From an uncultured Campylobacterales bacterium (GTDB lineage: Bacteria; Campylobacterota; Campylobacteria; Campylobacterales; QNZT01), in the NCBI GenBank assembly GCA_964443745.1, contig CAYUEN010000005.1, positions 606-64,605 on the forward strand: DNA of 64,000 nt. Reading direction: 5' to 3'. Shown here one piece after another: positions 27,740 through 36,787 of the stretch. The notes beneath the pieces were generated by a model. That model ran no database searches and had not been told where the DNA came from. It saw only the letters and a list, made by a program, of their open reading frames with translations. Made by a program: the position numbers and the translations under genes. How positions within the stretch are numbered: position 1 is the first letter of the stretch; each line of letters starts with the position of its first letter.

Positions 27740-29577
27740 CAGATACTCTTTTCGAGCATATCGGTCACCTTTTTGGTGAATATGGGAGCGTCGTCGATTT
27801 TCATCCCTTCGTTCAATTTGGCGAGATCGAGCAGAATGTGAGAGACATCGTCAAGCTTCGCGTAGGCTTTTTCCTCTACGATTTTCCTGAAAATCTCGTG
27901 ATGAGGATTGATCTCGAGTATCGGTTTGACAGGGGGAAGATCGGTCTGGCCCATCTGTTTGAGCATCTCCTGCATCGCGAAATCGGGATCGTTCTTGTCA
28001 TAAACTAGGCAGGCGGGTGAACTTTTGAGCCTACTTGTTAATTTGACCTCTTTGACCTCCTCTTTGAGGATCTCTTTCATCTTCACAAGAATTTCCGCAA
28101 ACTTCTCCTTCAGTTTCTCATCCTCTTTCTCCTCTTCCGGAGATTTCGTGGAGACGGAGACAAGCGGTATCTCTTTGTAGCTTCCGATCTGGGGGATGAC
28201 GATGGCGTCGATTTCATCGTCCATCAGCAAAACTTCGATTTCCTTAGCATTGTATCCTTCCAACAGGGGTGATGCTTTCATCAGATTGGCATCCTCGCCG
28301 ATGAGGTAGTATATCTCTTTCTGATCCTTCTGCATTCGCTCTTTGTACGTCTCCAGAGAGATCGGTGTATCGCTTTTGGTCGATTTGAAAAGAAGGAGGT
28401 CGATCAACAGATCCCTATGTTCGTATTCGCTCATCAACCCCTCTTTCAAGACTTTCCCGAACACTTCGTAGAATTTGAGATACTTCTCGAAATCTCTCTC
28501 TTTCAACTTTTTGAGTTCACCCAGAATCTTTTTAACAGACGCCTTTTTCACTTTTGAGAGGATAACGTTTTGTTGCAGAAGTTCACGGCTGATATTCAGC
28601 GGCAGATCTTCCACGTCGATGATGCCTCTGACAAATCGCAGATAGGTAGGAAGTAGTTCCTTGTCGTCGTCGGTGATGAAGACACGCTTGACATAGAGTT
28701 TCACTCCCGACTGGTAATCGACCCTGAAAAGATCCAGTGGCGCTTTTTGGGGGATATAGAAGAGAGTTGTATAGGTAAGTGTTCCTTCCGCTTGTGTATG
28801 GATGTAGAGAAGTGGATCCTCGTTGTCGTGCGAAATCTGTTTATAGAAATCTTTGTACTCCTCTTCGCTGATTTCGCTCTTGTTGACACGCCAGAGAGCG
28901 GAAGCTTTGTTGATCTGCTCGGATTTATGCTCTCTTTTTTCTCCACTCTCTTCATCGTATTCCAGAAAAATCGGAAAAGGAATGTGGTCGGAATATTTGT
29001 GAACGATCGCCTTGATACGGTAGGGTTCGAGAAACTCCCTCTCCTCCTCTCTAAGATGGAGTATGATCTCCGTTCCCCAATCCTCTTTTTTCGTCTCCTT
29101 GATTTCGTACTCGCCGCTGGCATCACTGCTCCAGATATGGGCTGTTTTCGCGCCGGCCTTTTTCGTAACGACTTCGATTTTTTCGGCCACCATAAAGGCG
29201 GAGTAAAAACCGACTCCAAATTGCCCGATCAGTGAAGAGTCTTTCTTCGCGTCACCACTGAGCTTCGTCAGAAAAGATTTGGTTCCGCTGCGGGCGATGG
29301 TTCCGAGATTTTTGATCAGATCGTCTTTGCTCATACCGATACCGTTGTCGATCACCTTCAGGATGTTTTTTTCCTTTTCGATGACTATCGTGATTTTCGG
29401 ATCGTATTGCAAAGATTTGTATTTGTCATTGGTGAGAGTGAGATATTTGAGTTTGTCGAGTGCATCCGATGCGTTCGAAATCAATTCGCGCAGGAAGATC
29501 TCTTTGTGGGAATAGAGTGAGTGGATCATCAAATCGAGAAGTTGGGTTACTTCTGTCTGAAATGTATATTTGGACAT
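27739..29577 (-). CDS. htpG: molecular chaperone HtpG (Hsp90)
   Basis: MSKYTFQTEVTQLLDLMIHSLYSHKEIFLRELISNASDALDKLKY and GQFGVGFYSAFMVA. Start ATG 29577 lies 6 nt after AGGAGG. Confidence 0.95.
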   Translation of the reverse strand: MSKYTFQTEVTQLLDLMIHSLYSHKEIFLRELISNASDALDKLKYLTLTNDKYKSLQYDPKITIVIEKEKNILKVIDNGIGMSKDDLIKNLGTIARSGTKSFLTKLSGDAKKDSSLIGQFGVGFYSAFMVAEKIEVVTKKAGAKTAHIWSSDASGEYEIKETKKEDWGTEIILHLREEEREFLEPYRIKAIVHKYSDHIPFPIFLEYDEESGEKREHKSEQINKASALWRVNKSEISEEEYKDFYKQISHDNEDPLLYIHTQAEGTLTYTTLFYIPQKAPLDLFRVDYQSGVKLYVKRVFITDDDKELLPTYLRFVRGIIDVEDLPLNISRELLQQNVILSKVKKASVKKILGELKKLKERDFEKYLKFYEVFGKVLKEGLMSEYEHRDLLIDLLLFKSTKSDTPISLETYKERMQKDQKEIYYLIGEDANLMKASPLLEGYNAKEIEVLLMDDEIDAIVIPQIGSYKEIPLVSVSTKSPEEEKEDEKLKEKFAEILVKMKEILKEEVKEVKLTSRLKSSPACLVYDKNDPDFAMQEMLKQMGQTDLPPVKPILEINPHHEIFRKIVEEKAYAKLDDVSHILLDLAKLNEGMKIDDAPIFTKKVTDMLEKSI

Positions 29578-29603
29578 TGTCATCCTCCTGAAGTTTTTTT
29601 GAA

Positions 29604-29609
29604 ATTGTA
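29604..29609 (-). promoter_or_regulatory. candidate extended -10 (TGaTACAAT) for htpG
   Basis: The minus strand reads TTTGTGATACAATTTC about 27 nt upstream of the htpG ATG. Confidence 0.4.
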
Positions 29610-29631
29610 TCACAAATTCATTAAGTAAAAC

Positions 29632-30351
29632 TTAAGGGTTGATAGAAAGTTGTGAGAGTTCTTTAGTCAGTGTCTCTTGCATTTTTTGATGGAGCTTTTT
29701 GAACCACTCCGGGTCGTCCTTGGGATCGATCGCATCGAGGTAGACAACCACTACACGGCCGTGGTGTGCGGTAAATTTTTTGGAGTCGAGGATATAACGC
29801 GTATTGACGATGACGATCGGCTGTACCTTCAAATCGAGTTTTTCCGCAAGAAGTTTCGCCCCCGCTTTGAAGGGGAGGATCTTTCGGCCGTCGCCTCTGG
29901 TTCCTTCCGGAAACATTGCGATCACCCTCCCCTCCGTCAGTCTTGCTTTGGCTTGTTTGAAGAGGGAAACGAGAGACTTTCGATCTTCTCTGTCGATTGT
30001 GATCATTTTGGGCAGGCTCATTATCTGACCGTAGAAAGGGATATCGCGAATCTCTCTTTTTGCCACCCACGATAGGTTTCTAGGGTAGATACCATCGACG
30101 ACCGTGATATCAAGCAGGCTTTGATGGTTCATCACCACCAGTCCCGCTTCCAAATCGGGTTTTCCTTTGACGATGAGATCGTATCCGAGCAAAAACCGCT
30201 GGATTTTAGACCAAATGCGTCTGAATTGCCAGTTGTGGCGATTGAAGAGTTTCATCAAAACGATCAGGATGAAGACGGTGACGACAAGCTCTACAAAAGC
30301 GAAGAGCGCACCACCCCTTTCCAGCAGTTTTTTCATTGGGCTTTGATCCAT
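29632..30351 (-). CDS. plsC: 1-acyl-sn-glycerol-3-phosphate acyltransferase
   Basis: Acyltransferase motifs NHQSLLD and FPEGTR, plus an N-terminal TM. Confidence 0.88.
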   Translation of the reverse strand: MDQSPMKKLLERGGALFAFVELVVTVFILIVLMKLFNRHNWQFRRIWSKIQRFLLGYDLIVKGKPDLEAGLVVMNHQSLLDITVVDGIYPRNLSWVAKREIRDIPFYGQIMSLPKMITIDREDRKSLVSLFKQAKARLTEGRVIAMFPEGTRGDGRKILPFKAGAKLLAEKLDLKVQPIVIVNTRYILDSKKFTAHHGRVVVVYLDAIDPKDDPEWFKKLHQKMQETLTKELSQLSINP

Positions 30352-31550
30352 CCGATCTTCTTGTTGGGTAGCATCACTTTGATATATCCACTCTTTTTCA
30401 ATAGCAGATCTGCCTGGACCGTTTGGGGTGTGGTATAGAAAATCGTCGAATTTTCCGTAGGCAAGATCTTGATTTTGGTACCGGCGGGAAGTACGATCTT
30501 TTTGATACGTGCTTCACCATAGAGAAGGTAGATCGCGGCAAGCAGAGAGAAAAAGAGCAGATACCATTTCCGATAGAATAGGAAAAGAATCAACAAGAAA
30601 GTGGCGAAGCCCAAAATCGCATATTGTTTGTATTTTTGCAAACGGCTTTTTTGTGGATTAAGATCGGTCTGGGTGCTGATTTTGGAATCTTTGAGGATTA
30701 TGTCGAAAGAGACGTTACGATACTTTTTGGCAGGGAGTTTAAAATAACTGAATTTTATCTTTTTGATCGTATTGGGCAAAATCGCGAAATAGTAGATATA
30801 TTGTCGTTGACCATCCTGTTTGATCTGATCGATACCCTCTCTTATGGCGAACGGTAGATGAAAATCTTCGAGGTTCCCGCCGGTGGCGTTGATTTCCAGT
30901 ACGACGATATTGTTCTTTTCGTCATATTTCTTCTGGTTGTGGGAAAGCAACGAAAAATCGTGGCAGATGATGCGAGAAAAATGAGTACTGTCGGGAAGTG
31001 CGATCATCTCGACCTTCGGAGGTTTTATCCGTTCGGTATATCTTCTGCCTTTTGACGTGACGACTTCCACTTCGATGGAAGGAAGCTTGGCTCTCTTTTG
31101 CAGAGGCTTGTAGATGAAACGATTTCGATACTCACCCTCTCCAATCTTTTTCCAGGGTGAGTTTGGATTGAGTATCTTGATTTCCTGACCACCAACAAAG
31201 TGCGTGGAAATGGAGCGGATTCCAGAATCGGCTATGAGTGCACGAACTTCGATGGGTTGGTGAGCATGGACATAGAGCATGGAAGGAGGTGTCGGATAGG
31301 AGAGAAAGATAGATTTGGAATCTACCGGCTCGGTTTCGGGCTCCTCTTCGAATCCATCCTTATCGGGCGAATCGAAAATCGTACCGTTTTCCGGCCGCTC
31401 CATCGCTTCGGAAGGAAGTGTTTTCGATGGCACTGTGTGAGCCGATTCACCCTTTTCCGCTTTTTTGAAAAGGTCTGCGAAAAAACCGCCTTGAACAGAC
31501 GAGACACTTCCAAGCAGGAGCAGAAGAAACAAGATGGTGAACTTTTTCAC
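30333..31550 (-). CDS. conserved-looking hypothetical membrane protein: signal peptide, periplasmic domain, 2 TM, C-terminal SH3-like segment
   Basis: GTG start overlaps the purQ stop (GTGA). MKKFTILFLLLLLGSVSSVQG, TM pair ILGFATFLLILFLFY / LLFFSLLAAIYLLYG, and C-terminus GTKIKILPTENSTIFYTT...GYIKVMLPNKKIGWI. Confidence 0.7.
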   Translation of the reverse strand: MKKFTILFLLLLLGSVSSVQGGFFADLFKKAEKGESAHTVPSKTLPSEAMERPENGTIFDSPDKDGFEEEPETEPVDSKSIFLSYPTPPSMLYVHAHQPIEVRALIADSGIRSISTHFVGGQEIKILNPNSPWKKIGEGEYRNRFIYKPLQKRAKLPSIEVEVVTSKGRRYTERIKPPKVEMIALPDSTHFSRIICHDFSLLSHNQKKYDEKNNIVVLEINATGGNLEDFHLPFAIREGIDQIKQDGQRQYIYYFAILPNTIKKIKFSYFKLPAKKYRNVSFDIILKDSKISTQTDLNPQKSRLQKYKQYAILGFATFLLILFLFYRKWYLLFFSLLAAIYLLYGEARIKKIVLPAGTKIKILPTENSTIFYTTPQTVQADLLLKKSGYIKVMLPNKKIGWIKAQ

Positions 31551-32218
31551 CGAAGCAACCCCTGAATCATCCTCATCCCATCATCGGATCCCAAAAGTGG
31601 CTCCATCGCCCGTTCGGGATGAGGCATCAAACCGAAGACATTTCTCTTTCTGTTGCAAATACCGGCGATCGCTGCGACCGAACCGTTTGGATTGCTCGTC
31701 TCACCCCGAGAATCGCAATAGCTCAAGAGAATCTGATCATGATCGCGAAGCGTTTGCAAACCCGCATCGTCTATGTAATAATTGCCTTCACCATGGGCGA
31801 TCGGAACGTTGAGAACGTCTCCCTTTTGAAAATTTTGTAAAAAAGCGTTCTCGACATTTTCCACCTTCAGATGATGATACCTGGAGATGAAATGGACGTT
31901 TTGATTCTTCTTCATCGCACCTGGGAGCAGGTGGGATTCAAGCAGAATCTGAAAACCGTTACAGATTCCCAGGACACGTCCTCCTCTGTCCGCGAAATTG
32001 ATTACAGCGGCCATAATCGGTGAAAACTTTGCTATTGCCCCGGAACGCAGATAGTCTCCGTAACTGAAACCGCCAGGAAGAACGACCAGATCGACCGTTT
32101 TGGAGAGTGCGACATCCTTGTGCCAGACAAATTGTGTCTTCGCACCCGCTTTTTCGAATGCATATTGGGTATCGAGGTCGCAGTTGGTACCAGGAAACTG
32201 AACGATCGCGACATTCAT
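31547..32218 (-). CDS. purQ: phosphoribosylformylglycinamidine synthase, glutaminase subunit PurQ
   Basis: [35 protein letters not shown] and MPHPER. Confidence 0.95.
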   Translation of the reverse strand: MNVAIVQFPGTNCDLDTQYAFEKAGAKTQFVWHKDVALSKTVDLVVLPGGFSYGDYLRSGAIAKFSPIMAAVINFADRGGRVLGICNGFQILLESHLLPGAMKKNQNVHFISRYHHLKVENVENAFLQNFQKGDVLNVPIAHGEGNYYIDDAGLQTLRDHDQILLSYCDSRGETSNPNGSVAAIAGICNRKRNVFGLMPHPERAMEPLLGSDDGMRMIQGLLR

Positions 32219-32457
32219 CGTTCGATCTCTATCGTATACTCTTCGATCACGGTATTGGCCAACAGCTCTTCACACATCTTTTCGACTTCCGCTTTCGCGT
32301 GCTGGGGATTCTCACTTTCGAGTTCAAGAATGATCTGTTTGCCAATACGTACATCTTTGACCTCGTTAAATCCGAGTGCACCGAGTGCATGATGAACCGC
32401 TTTGCCCTGTGGGTCCAAAACTCCCTCTTTTAGTCTGACGTTGACGATCGCTCTCAT
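32215..32457 (-). CDS. purS: phosphoribosylformylglycinamidine synthase subunit PurS
   Basis: 80 aa. [26 protein letters not shown]. Lies between purC and purQ. Confidence 0.92.
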   Translation of the reverse strand: MRAIVNVRLKEGVLDPQGKAVHHALGALGFNEVKDVRIGKQIILELESENPQHAKAEVEKMCEELLANTVIEEYTIEIER

Positions 32458-33176
32458 TTCTCATCCTCGTTGATTCGTTTTAATACCTCTTCATAGGCGA
32501 GTTTGACACTACCCAAATCTTCTCTGAAACGGTCTTTGTCCAACTTCTCCCTCGTATCCATATCCCAAAATCTACAGCTGTCCGGACTGATTTCATCCGA
32601 AAGGAGGATCTCTCCGTCGCTGTCGATACCGAATTCGACTTTGAAATCGACCAGTTCCAGACGTCGCTTCGCGAAAAAAGGCTTCAAAATGGCGTTGATT
32701 TCTCTTCCCAATTCGCGAAGTCGTTCCAGTTGTTCTCTGTTTTTCACCAGATCGAGGATCATACAGTGATCGTCGTTGATCAAAGGATCTCCCAAGTCAT
32801 CGTTTTTGTAATAAAATTCTATTATGGTAAAAGGCAGCACCCTCCCCTCTTCGATCCCCAATCTTTTGGTAAGTGAACCGGTGGCGATATTCCTGGCGAC
32901 CACCTCTATCGGGATGATCTTAACTTTTTTGACCAGTTGGTGGTTCGCATCCAACTGTTCTACAAGGTGGGTCTTGATACCCGACTCTTCGAGCAGCTTG
33001 AAGAGTCGGGCACTGATTTGGGCATTCAAAGCTCCCTTCCCCGCTTCGCTTCCCCTCTTCTCGGCATTGAAGGCGGTCAAGTCGTCTTTGAATTCTGCGA
33101 TTAACAGGTCCGGATCTTCGGTAGCGTAGAGTCTTTTGGCTTTCCCTTCATAAAGCAACTCGCGTTTTTGCATCAC
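32454..33176 (-). CDS. purC: phosphoribosylaminoimidazole-succinocarboxamide synthase
   Basis: [11 protein letters not shown]...[25 protein letters not shown]...LVDFKVEFG. Confidence 0.95.
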   Translation of the reverse strand: MMQKRELLYEGKAKRLYATEDPDLLIAEFKDDLTAFNAEKRGSEAGKGALNAQISARLFKLLEESGIKTHLVEQLDANHQLVKKVKIIPIEVVARNIATGSLTKRLGIEEGRVLPFTIIEFYYKNDDLGDPLINDDHCMILDLVKNREQLERLRELGREINAILKPFFAKRRLELVDFKVEFGIDSDGEILLSDEISPDSCRFWDMDTREKLDKDRFREDLGSVKLAYEEVLKRINEDEK

Positions 33177-34507
33177 TTCTCCTTCCCGTTTTGGGTGATC
33201 GTCAACACTTTGAGTGCGTCGATGGCGGTTTTGAGTTGAATATCTTTGAGGATGTCCTCTTCCAACAAAACCTTCTTACGGCTTTTCTTCTCCTTTTTCT
33301 TTTTGGGTTTTTTCCCATCTACCTTCTCGAGTTCCTCTTTCAGATGTTTTTTCAGATCCTTCTCTTTGAGTGCGAATTCATCTTTCTCGACGGGAACCTC
33401 ACCGGGATAGACTTCGATATCGGGAGTCACCCCTTTTGCCTGGATGGTTCGACCACTGGGAAGATAGTATCTGGCGACGGTCAGTCTAAGACCCTCTCCG
33501 TCTCCAAGAGGAAGAATCACTTGAACACTTCCTTTACCGAAACTTTTCTGGCCTACAAGTATCGCACGCCGGTGATCTTGTAAAGCGCCACTGACGATTT
33601 CGCTGGCACTCGCACTTCCCGCATTGATCAAAACCACCAATGGAACGTTTTTGAAAGTACCGGGAACCGTTGCCTTGTAGATCTGATTCTCGCTCTTGAG
33701 TCTTCCCTTTTGCGAAACGATGACACCTTTTTCCACAAAAAGATCGACCAACCCGACAGCCTGGCTCAACAAACCGCCAGGGTTGTTCCGTAGATCGAGA
33801 ATGATACCTTTCATGCCCGTTTTGTTCGCCTCGAGAGCCTTTTTTACGTCTTTGGTCACCTTTTTGTCGAAACTCGTGACCCTGATATAGAGAAAGCCCG
33901 TCTCATCGATTTTTTTGGTATAGACCGAATCGACTTTGATGATTGCTCTGGTTATTTTGACGATGAGCGGCTTTGGCTCTTTCTTGCGAACGATCGTCAG
34001 GGTAATATCGGTGCCCGGTTTGCCGCGCATCAATCCGACCGCCTCGTCGATCGTCATATTGAGTGTCGCCTTGTCGTCTATCTTGAGGATGATATCTCCC
34101 GCTTTCAGGCCGGCTTTGTCCGCTGGGGTTCCTTCGATCGGAGAGATGACGGTCAACGCACCATCCCGCATACCCACCGTGATACCGAGTCCACCAAATT
34201 CCCCTTCTGTCTGGACTTTCAGATCTTTGAACTCCTTTTTCGTCATGAAAGAGGAGTGTGCATCGAGATTGGCCAGAAGCCCTTCGAGCGATTTGTTGAC
34301 GATATCGGTGATATTCGTCTCATCGACGTAATACTGCTCGATTGTCTGTACCACTTTGGTATATTTGGCAAGCGCCTTGAGTCGATCCTGTGAAATGGTC
34401 TGGTTGGGAAGTTTACTGTTTTTCGCCCATGCCGACGAAGTGACGAAGAGGCTCGTGGTAATCAGTGTCGTAACGAATCCCAACACGATATATCGCATTT
34501 TTTTCAT
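33173..34507 (-). CDS. ctpA: carboxy-terminal processing protease (peptidase S41) with a PDZ domain
   Basis: [40 protein letters not shown] (PDZ), [27 protein letters not shown] and [11 protein letters not shown]. Start taken at MKKMRYIV. Confidence 0.9.
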   Translation of the reverse strand: MKKMRYIVLGFVTTLITTSLFVTSSAWAKNSKLPNQTISQDRLKALAKYTKVVQTIEQYYVDETNITDIVNKSLEGLLANLDAHSSFMTKKEFKDLKVQTEGEFGGLGITVGMRDGALTVISPIEGTPADKAGLKAGDIILKIDDKATLNMTIDEAVGLMRGKPGTDITLTIVRKKEPKPLIVKITRAIIKVDSVYTKKIDETGFLYIRVTSFDKKVTKDVKKALEANKTGMKGIILDLRNNPGGLLSQAVGLVDLFVEKGVIVSQKGRLKSENQIYKATVPGTFKNVPLVVLINAGSASASEIVSGALQDHRRAILVGQKSFGKGSVQVILPLGDGEGLRLTVARYYLPSGRTIQAKGVTPDIEVYPGEVPVEKDEFALKEKDLKKHLKEELEKVDGKKPKKKKEKKSRKKVLLEEDILKDIQLKTAIDALKVLTITQNGKEK

Positions 34508-34562
34508 ATGGCTTACGCTCCAGTATAATAGTTTCACTCTATCTTAATCTATTTTTTCTGAA

Positions 34563-34580
34563 AAAGAGTTGCGGACTCTT
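34563..34580 (-). terminator. weak hairpin plus T-run overlapping the glyS stop
   Basis: The minus strand reads TAAGAGT ccgca ACTCTTTTTCAG: a 6-bp stem, a 5-nt loop and a T-run. Confidence 0.35.
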
Positions 34581-36603
34581 ATCCCGTGATCTCCTTGATA
34601 TCGGCGATTTGCCTGAACGCTTCGTAGATTTGACCGATTAGATGTTTGCGGTTATGCATAATGGCGGGATCTTTTGCATTGACGAGAACTTCATCGAAAA
34701 ATCTGTCTATCTCCTCCTTGAGTCCAAAGAGAGCCTGCAGACGACTCGCATAATCGGGATAGTGTGAATTGTTGACGGTGTTGAAACGTTTGTAGAGCAC
34801 TGCCTCGGCCTCTTTTTCGAACAGAGCAGGATCCACGCTCAAGCGCTCGCCCGGTTCCAGATCTTTGATGATGTTGGCGACCCTTTTGAAAGTGGTGTGT
34901 AGCATTTTGAAACGGTCGGTAGAGACAATCTCATCCAGAGCCGTGATCTTTTTGTAAATCTCGAGAATGTCGCGTTCGCCACAGGAGAGAACCGCCTGTA
35001 TGACGGATGGGTTCACCTGGAAATATTGCATCAGACGTTCGATGAAGAAATTTTCGATCAAAGAGAGATCCAAATTGGCGTAATGGGCGGATAGAGCCTG
35101 AATATCTTTTTTCAGGTCGAATGGAAATTCCCGATCCAATACGATTTTGATGACACCAAGGGCCGCACGCCGCATTGCGAAGGGGTCTTTGGTGCCCGTG
35201 GGGATTTTTCCGATTTCAAAGAGCGAGAGAATCGTATCGAGTTTTCCACTCATAGCGACCAGGGCACTCATGTCGTTGGAAGGAAGGGGGCTCTCCTCTC
35301 CATCGGGCAGATACTGCTCTTTCAATGCGATGGCGAGTTGTTCGTCTTCTCCGGACGCTTTGGCATAATAATACCCCATAATCCCCTGCAATTCGGGGAA
35401 CTCGTACACCATGTCGGTCAACAGATCCGCTTTGGAAAGCATAACGGCCCGCTCCAGCAACTTAAAATCGTAGGCTTCGAGCCGATCTCCATACCGTTGG
35501 TAGAGATAGTGTGCGATCCGTTTCTCTCTGAGCTCTTTTTCGTAAATCGAACCTAGATCCTCCATATAGACGACCTCTTTGAGCCCCTCTGGATCGAGCC
35601 CTTTTTTCAGATCGTTTTCATAAAAGAAAAGAGCGTCGCTCAATCTCGCTTTGAGGACTTTTTGATTGCCTGTGACGATCTGGCCGAAATCATCCGTAAT
35701 CGCATTGGAGACGACAACGAAGCGGTTGACCACCGTTTCGGATTCGAAAAGAGGAAAATAGCGCTGATGCTCCTTCATGGAGGTGATGATCACTTCGGGA
35801 GGAAGTCTCAAAAAGCGGGAATCGAAACTTCCACTCAACGCGGTAGGCATCTCTGTAATCGCCACGACTTCTTCGATCAGCGCCTCATCCCGATCGATAC
35901 GGTATCCCTCCTTTTCGATCTGTTCGAATTGCTCGAAAATTCGATTCTTTCTCTCGGATTGGTCGAGTATCACACCCGATTTGGCCAATTTTTCGAAATA
36001 GTCGGCCGGAGTTTTGTAGGGGATGGGATCGTATGAGAGGGCACGGTGGCCGTAGGTGAGGGCTTGCGAATCCACACCATAACATCTCATAGGGATCTCC
36101 TCCTCCCCCAACATCACTCCAATCCAGCGGATGGGGCGGATGAAACTCTGTTCCAGATTCCCCCACCGCATCGTTTTGCCGAAATTGAGTCCATGAAGAA
36201 AGGTTTCGATCAATCGAGGAAGCAACGCTTTTGCGGAACTCCCTTTTCGAATACGTCGATGATGGAGTACCTCTTTGCCGTTTTTTACGGCACGTCCGAG
36301 CTCTTGGACCGAAACACCGCATTTTCTGGCGAATCCAAGAGCCGCGGGAGTGGGCTCTCCATCCTTGAACGCGATCTCTACGGGCGCACCGTAGAGCTCT
36401 TCGGTGATATCGGGCTGACTGGTTGAGAAAACAGGATGCCAGAGCACGAGCCTTCTGGGGGTGTAGTAGAAGTGAAACGGCGTATTCAACATCTGCTTTT
36501 CGAGAATCTCTTCCCATTTTCGGGGTATGTTCGGAAGCTCTTTGAGAAAAGGGATGGCGGGAAGTTCTTCGACGCCGATTTCGATCAGAAGGGGTTGTGT
36601 CAT
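34579..36603 (-). CDS. glyS: glycine--tRNA ligase beta subunit
   Basis: MTQPLLIEIGVEELPA..., about 674 aa, with the family-typical FFYEND and KDPFAMRRAALG. Confidence 0.94.
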   Translation of the reverse strand: MTQPLLIEIGVEELPAIPFLKELPNIPRKWEEILEKQMLNTPFHFYYTPRRLVLWHPVFSTSQPDITEELYGAPVEIAFKDGEPTPAALGFARKCGVSVQELGRAVKNGKEVLHHRRIRKGSSAKALLPRLIETFLHGLNFGKTMRWGNLEQSFIRPIRWIGVMLGEEEIPMRCYGVDSQALTYGHRALSYDPIPYKTPADYFEKLAKSGVILDQSERKNRIFEQFEQIEKEGYRIDRDEALIEEVVAITEMPTALSGSFDSRFLRLPPEVIITSMKEHQRYFPLFESETVVNRFVVVSNAITDDFGQIVTGNQKVLKARLSDALFFYENDLKKGLDPEGLKEVVYMEDLGSIYEKELREKRIAHYLYQRYGDRLEAYDFKLLERAVMLSKADLLTDMVYEFPELQGIMGYYYAKASGEDEQLAIALKEQYLPDGEESPLPSNDMSALVAMSGKLDTILSLFEIGKIPTGTKDPFAMRRAALGVIKIVLDREFPFDLKKDIQALSAHYANLDLSLIENFFIERLMQYFQVNPSVIQAVLSCGERDILEIYKKITALDEIVSTDRFKMLHTTFKRVANIIKDLEPGERLSVDPALFEKEAEAVLYKRFNTVNNSHYPDYASRLQALFGLKEEIDRFFDEVLVNAKDPAIMHNRKHLIGQIYEAFRQIADIKEITG

Positions 36604-36661
36604 AGATGTAAACCTTGTTACAGTTTTGCGGGATTGTAGCAAAGAAGATGTAAAAGTTGGT

Positions 36662-36787
36662 TTACTCGTCCTTTTTGTCGCGACGGTCGCGCTCTTTCGC
36701 CTGCGATTGCAGCATGAAGCCTCTGACCATGAAAACCATGAAAAGAACGAAGAGCGTCGTCATGAAAATATCGAAAAACGTCTGCAT
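36662..36787 (-). CDS. 41-aa small membrane protein. Too short for the ORF track.
   Basis: Hand translation gives MQTFFDIFMTTLFVLFMVFMVRGFMLQSQAKERDRRDKKDE*: one TM followed by a basic tail. GGAGGGG lies immediately upstream, and the ATG overlaps the upstream stop (TGATG). Confidence 0.5.
   Translation of the reverse strand: MQTFFDIFMTTLFVLFMVFMVRGFMLQSQAKERDRRDKKDE

Noticed and set aside
29621-29635. The htpG-upstream palindrome as a canonical CIRCE or HAIR operator
   Set aside because: It does not match CIRCE (TTAGCACTC-N9-GAGTGCTAA). It has the wrong spacing and imperfect half-sites for HAIR. It is kept only as a low-interest positional observation.
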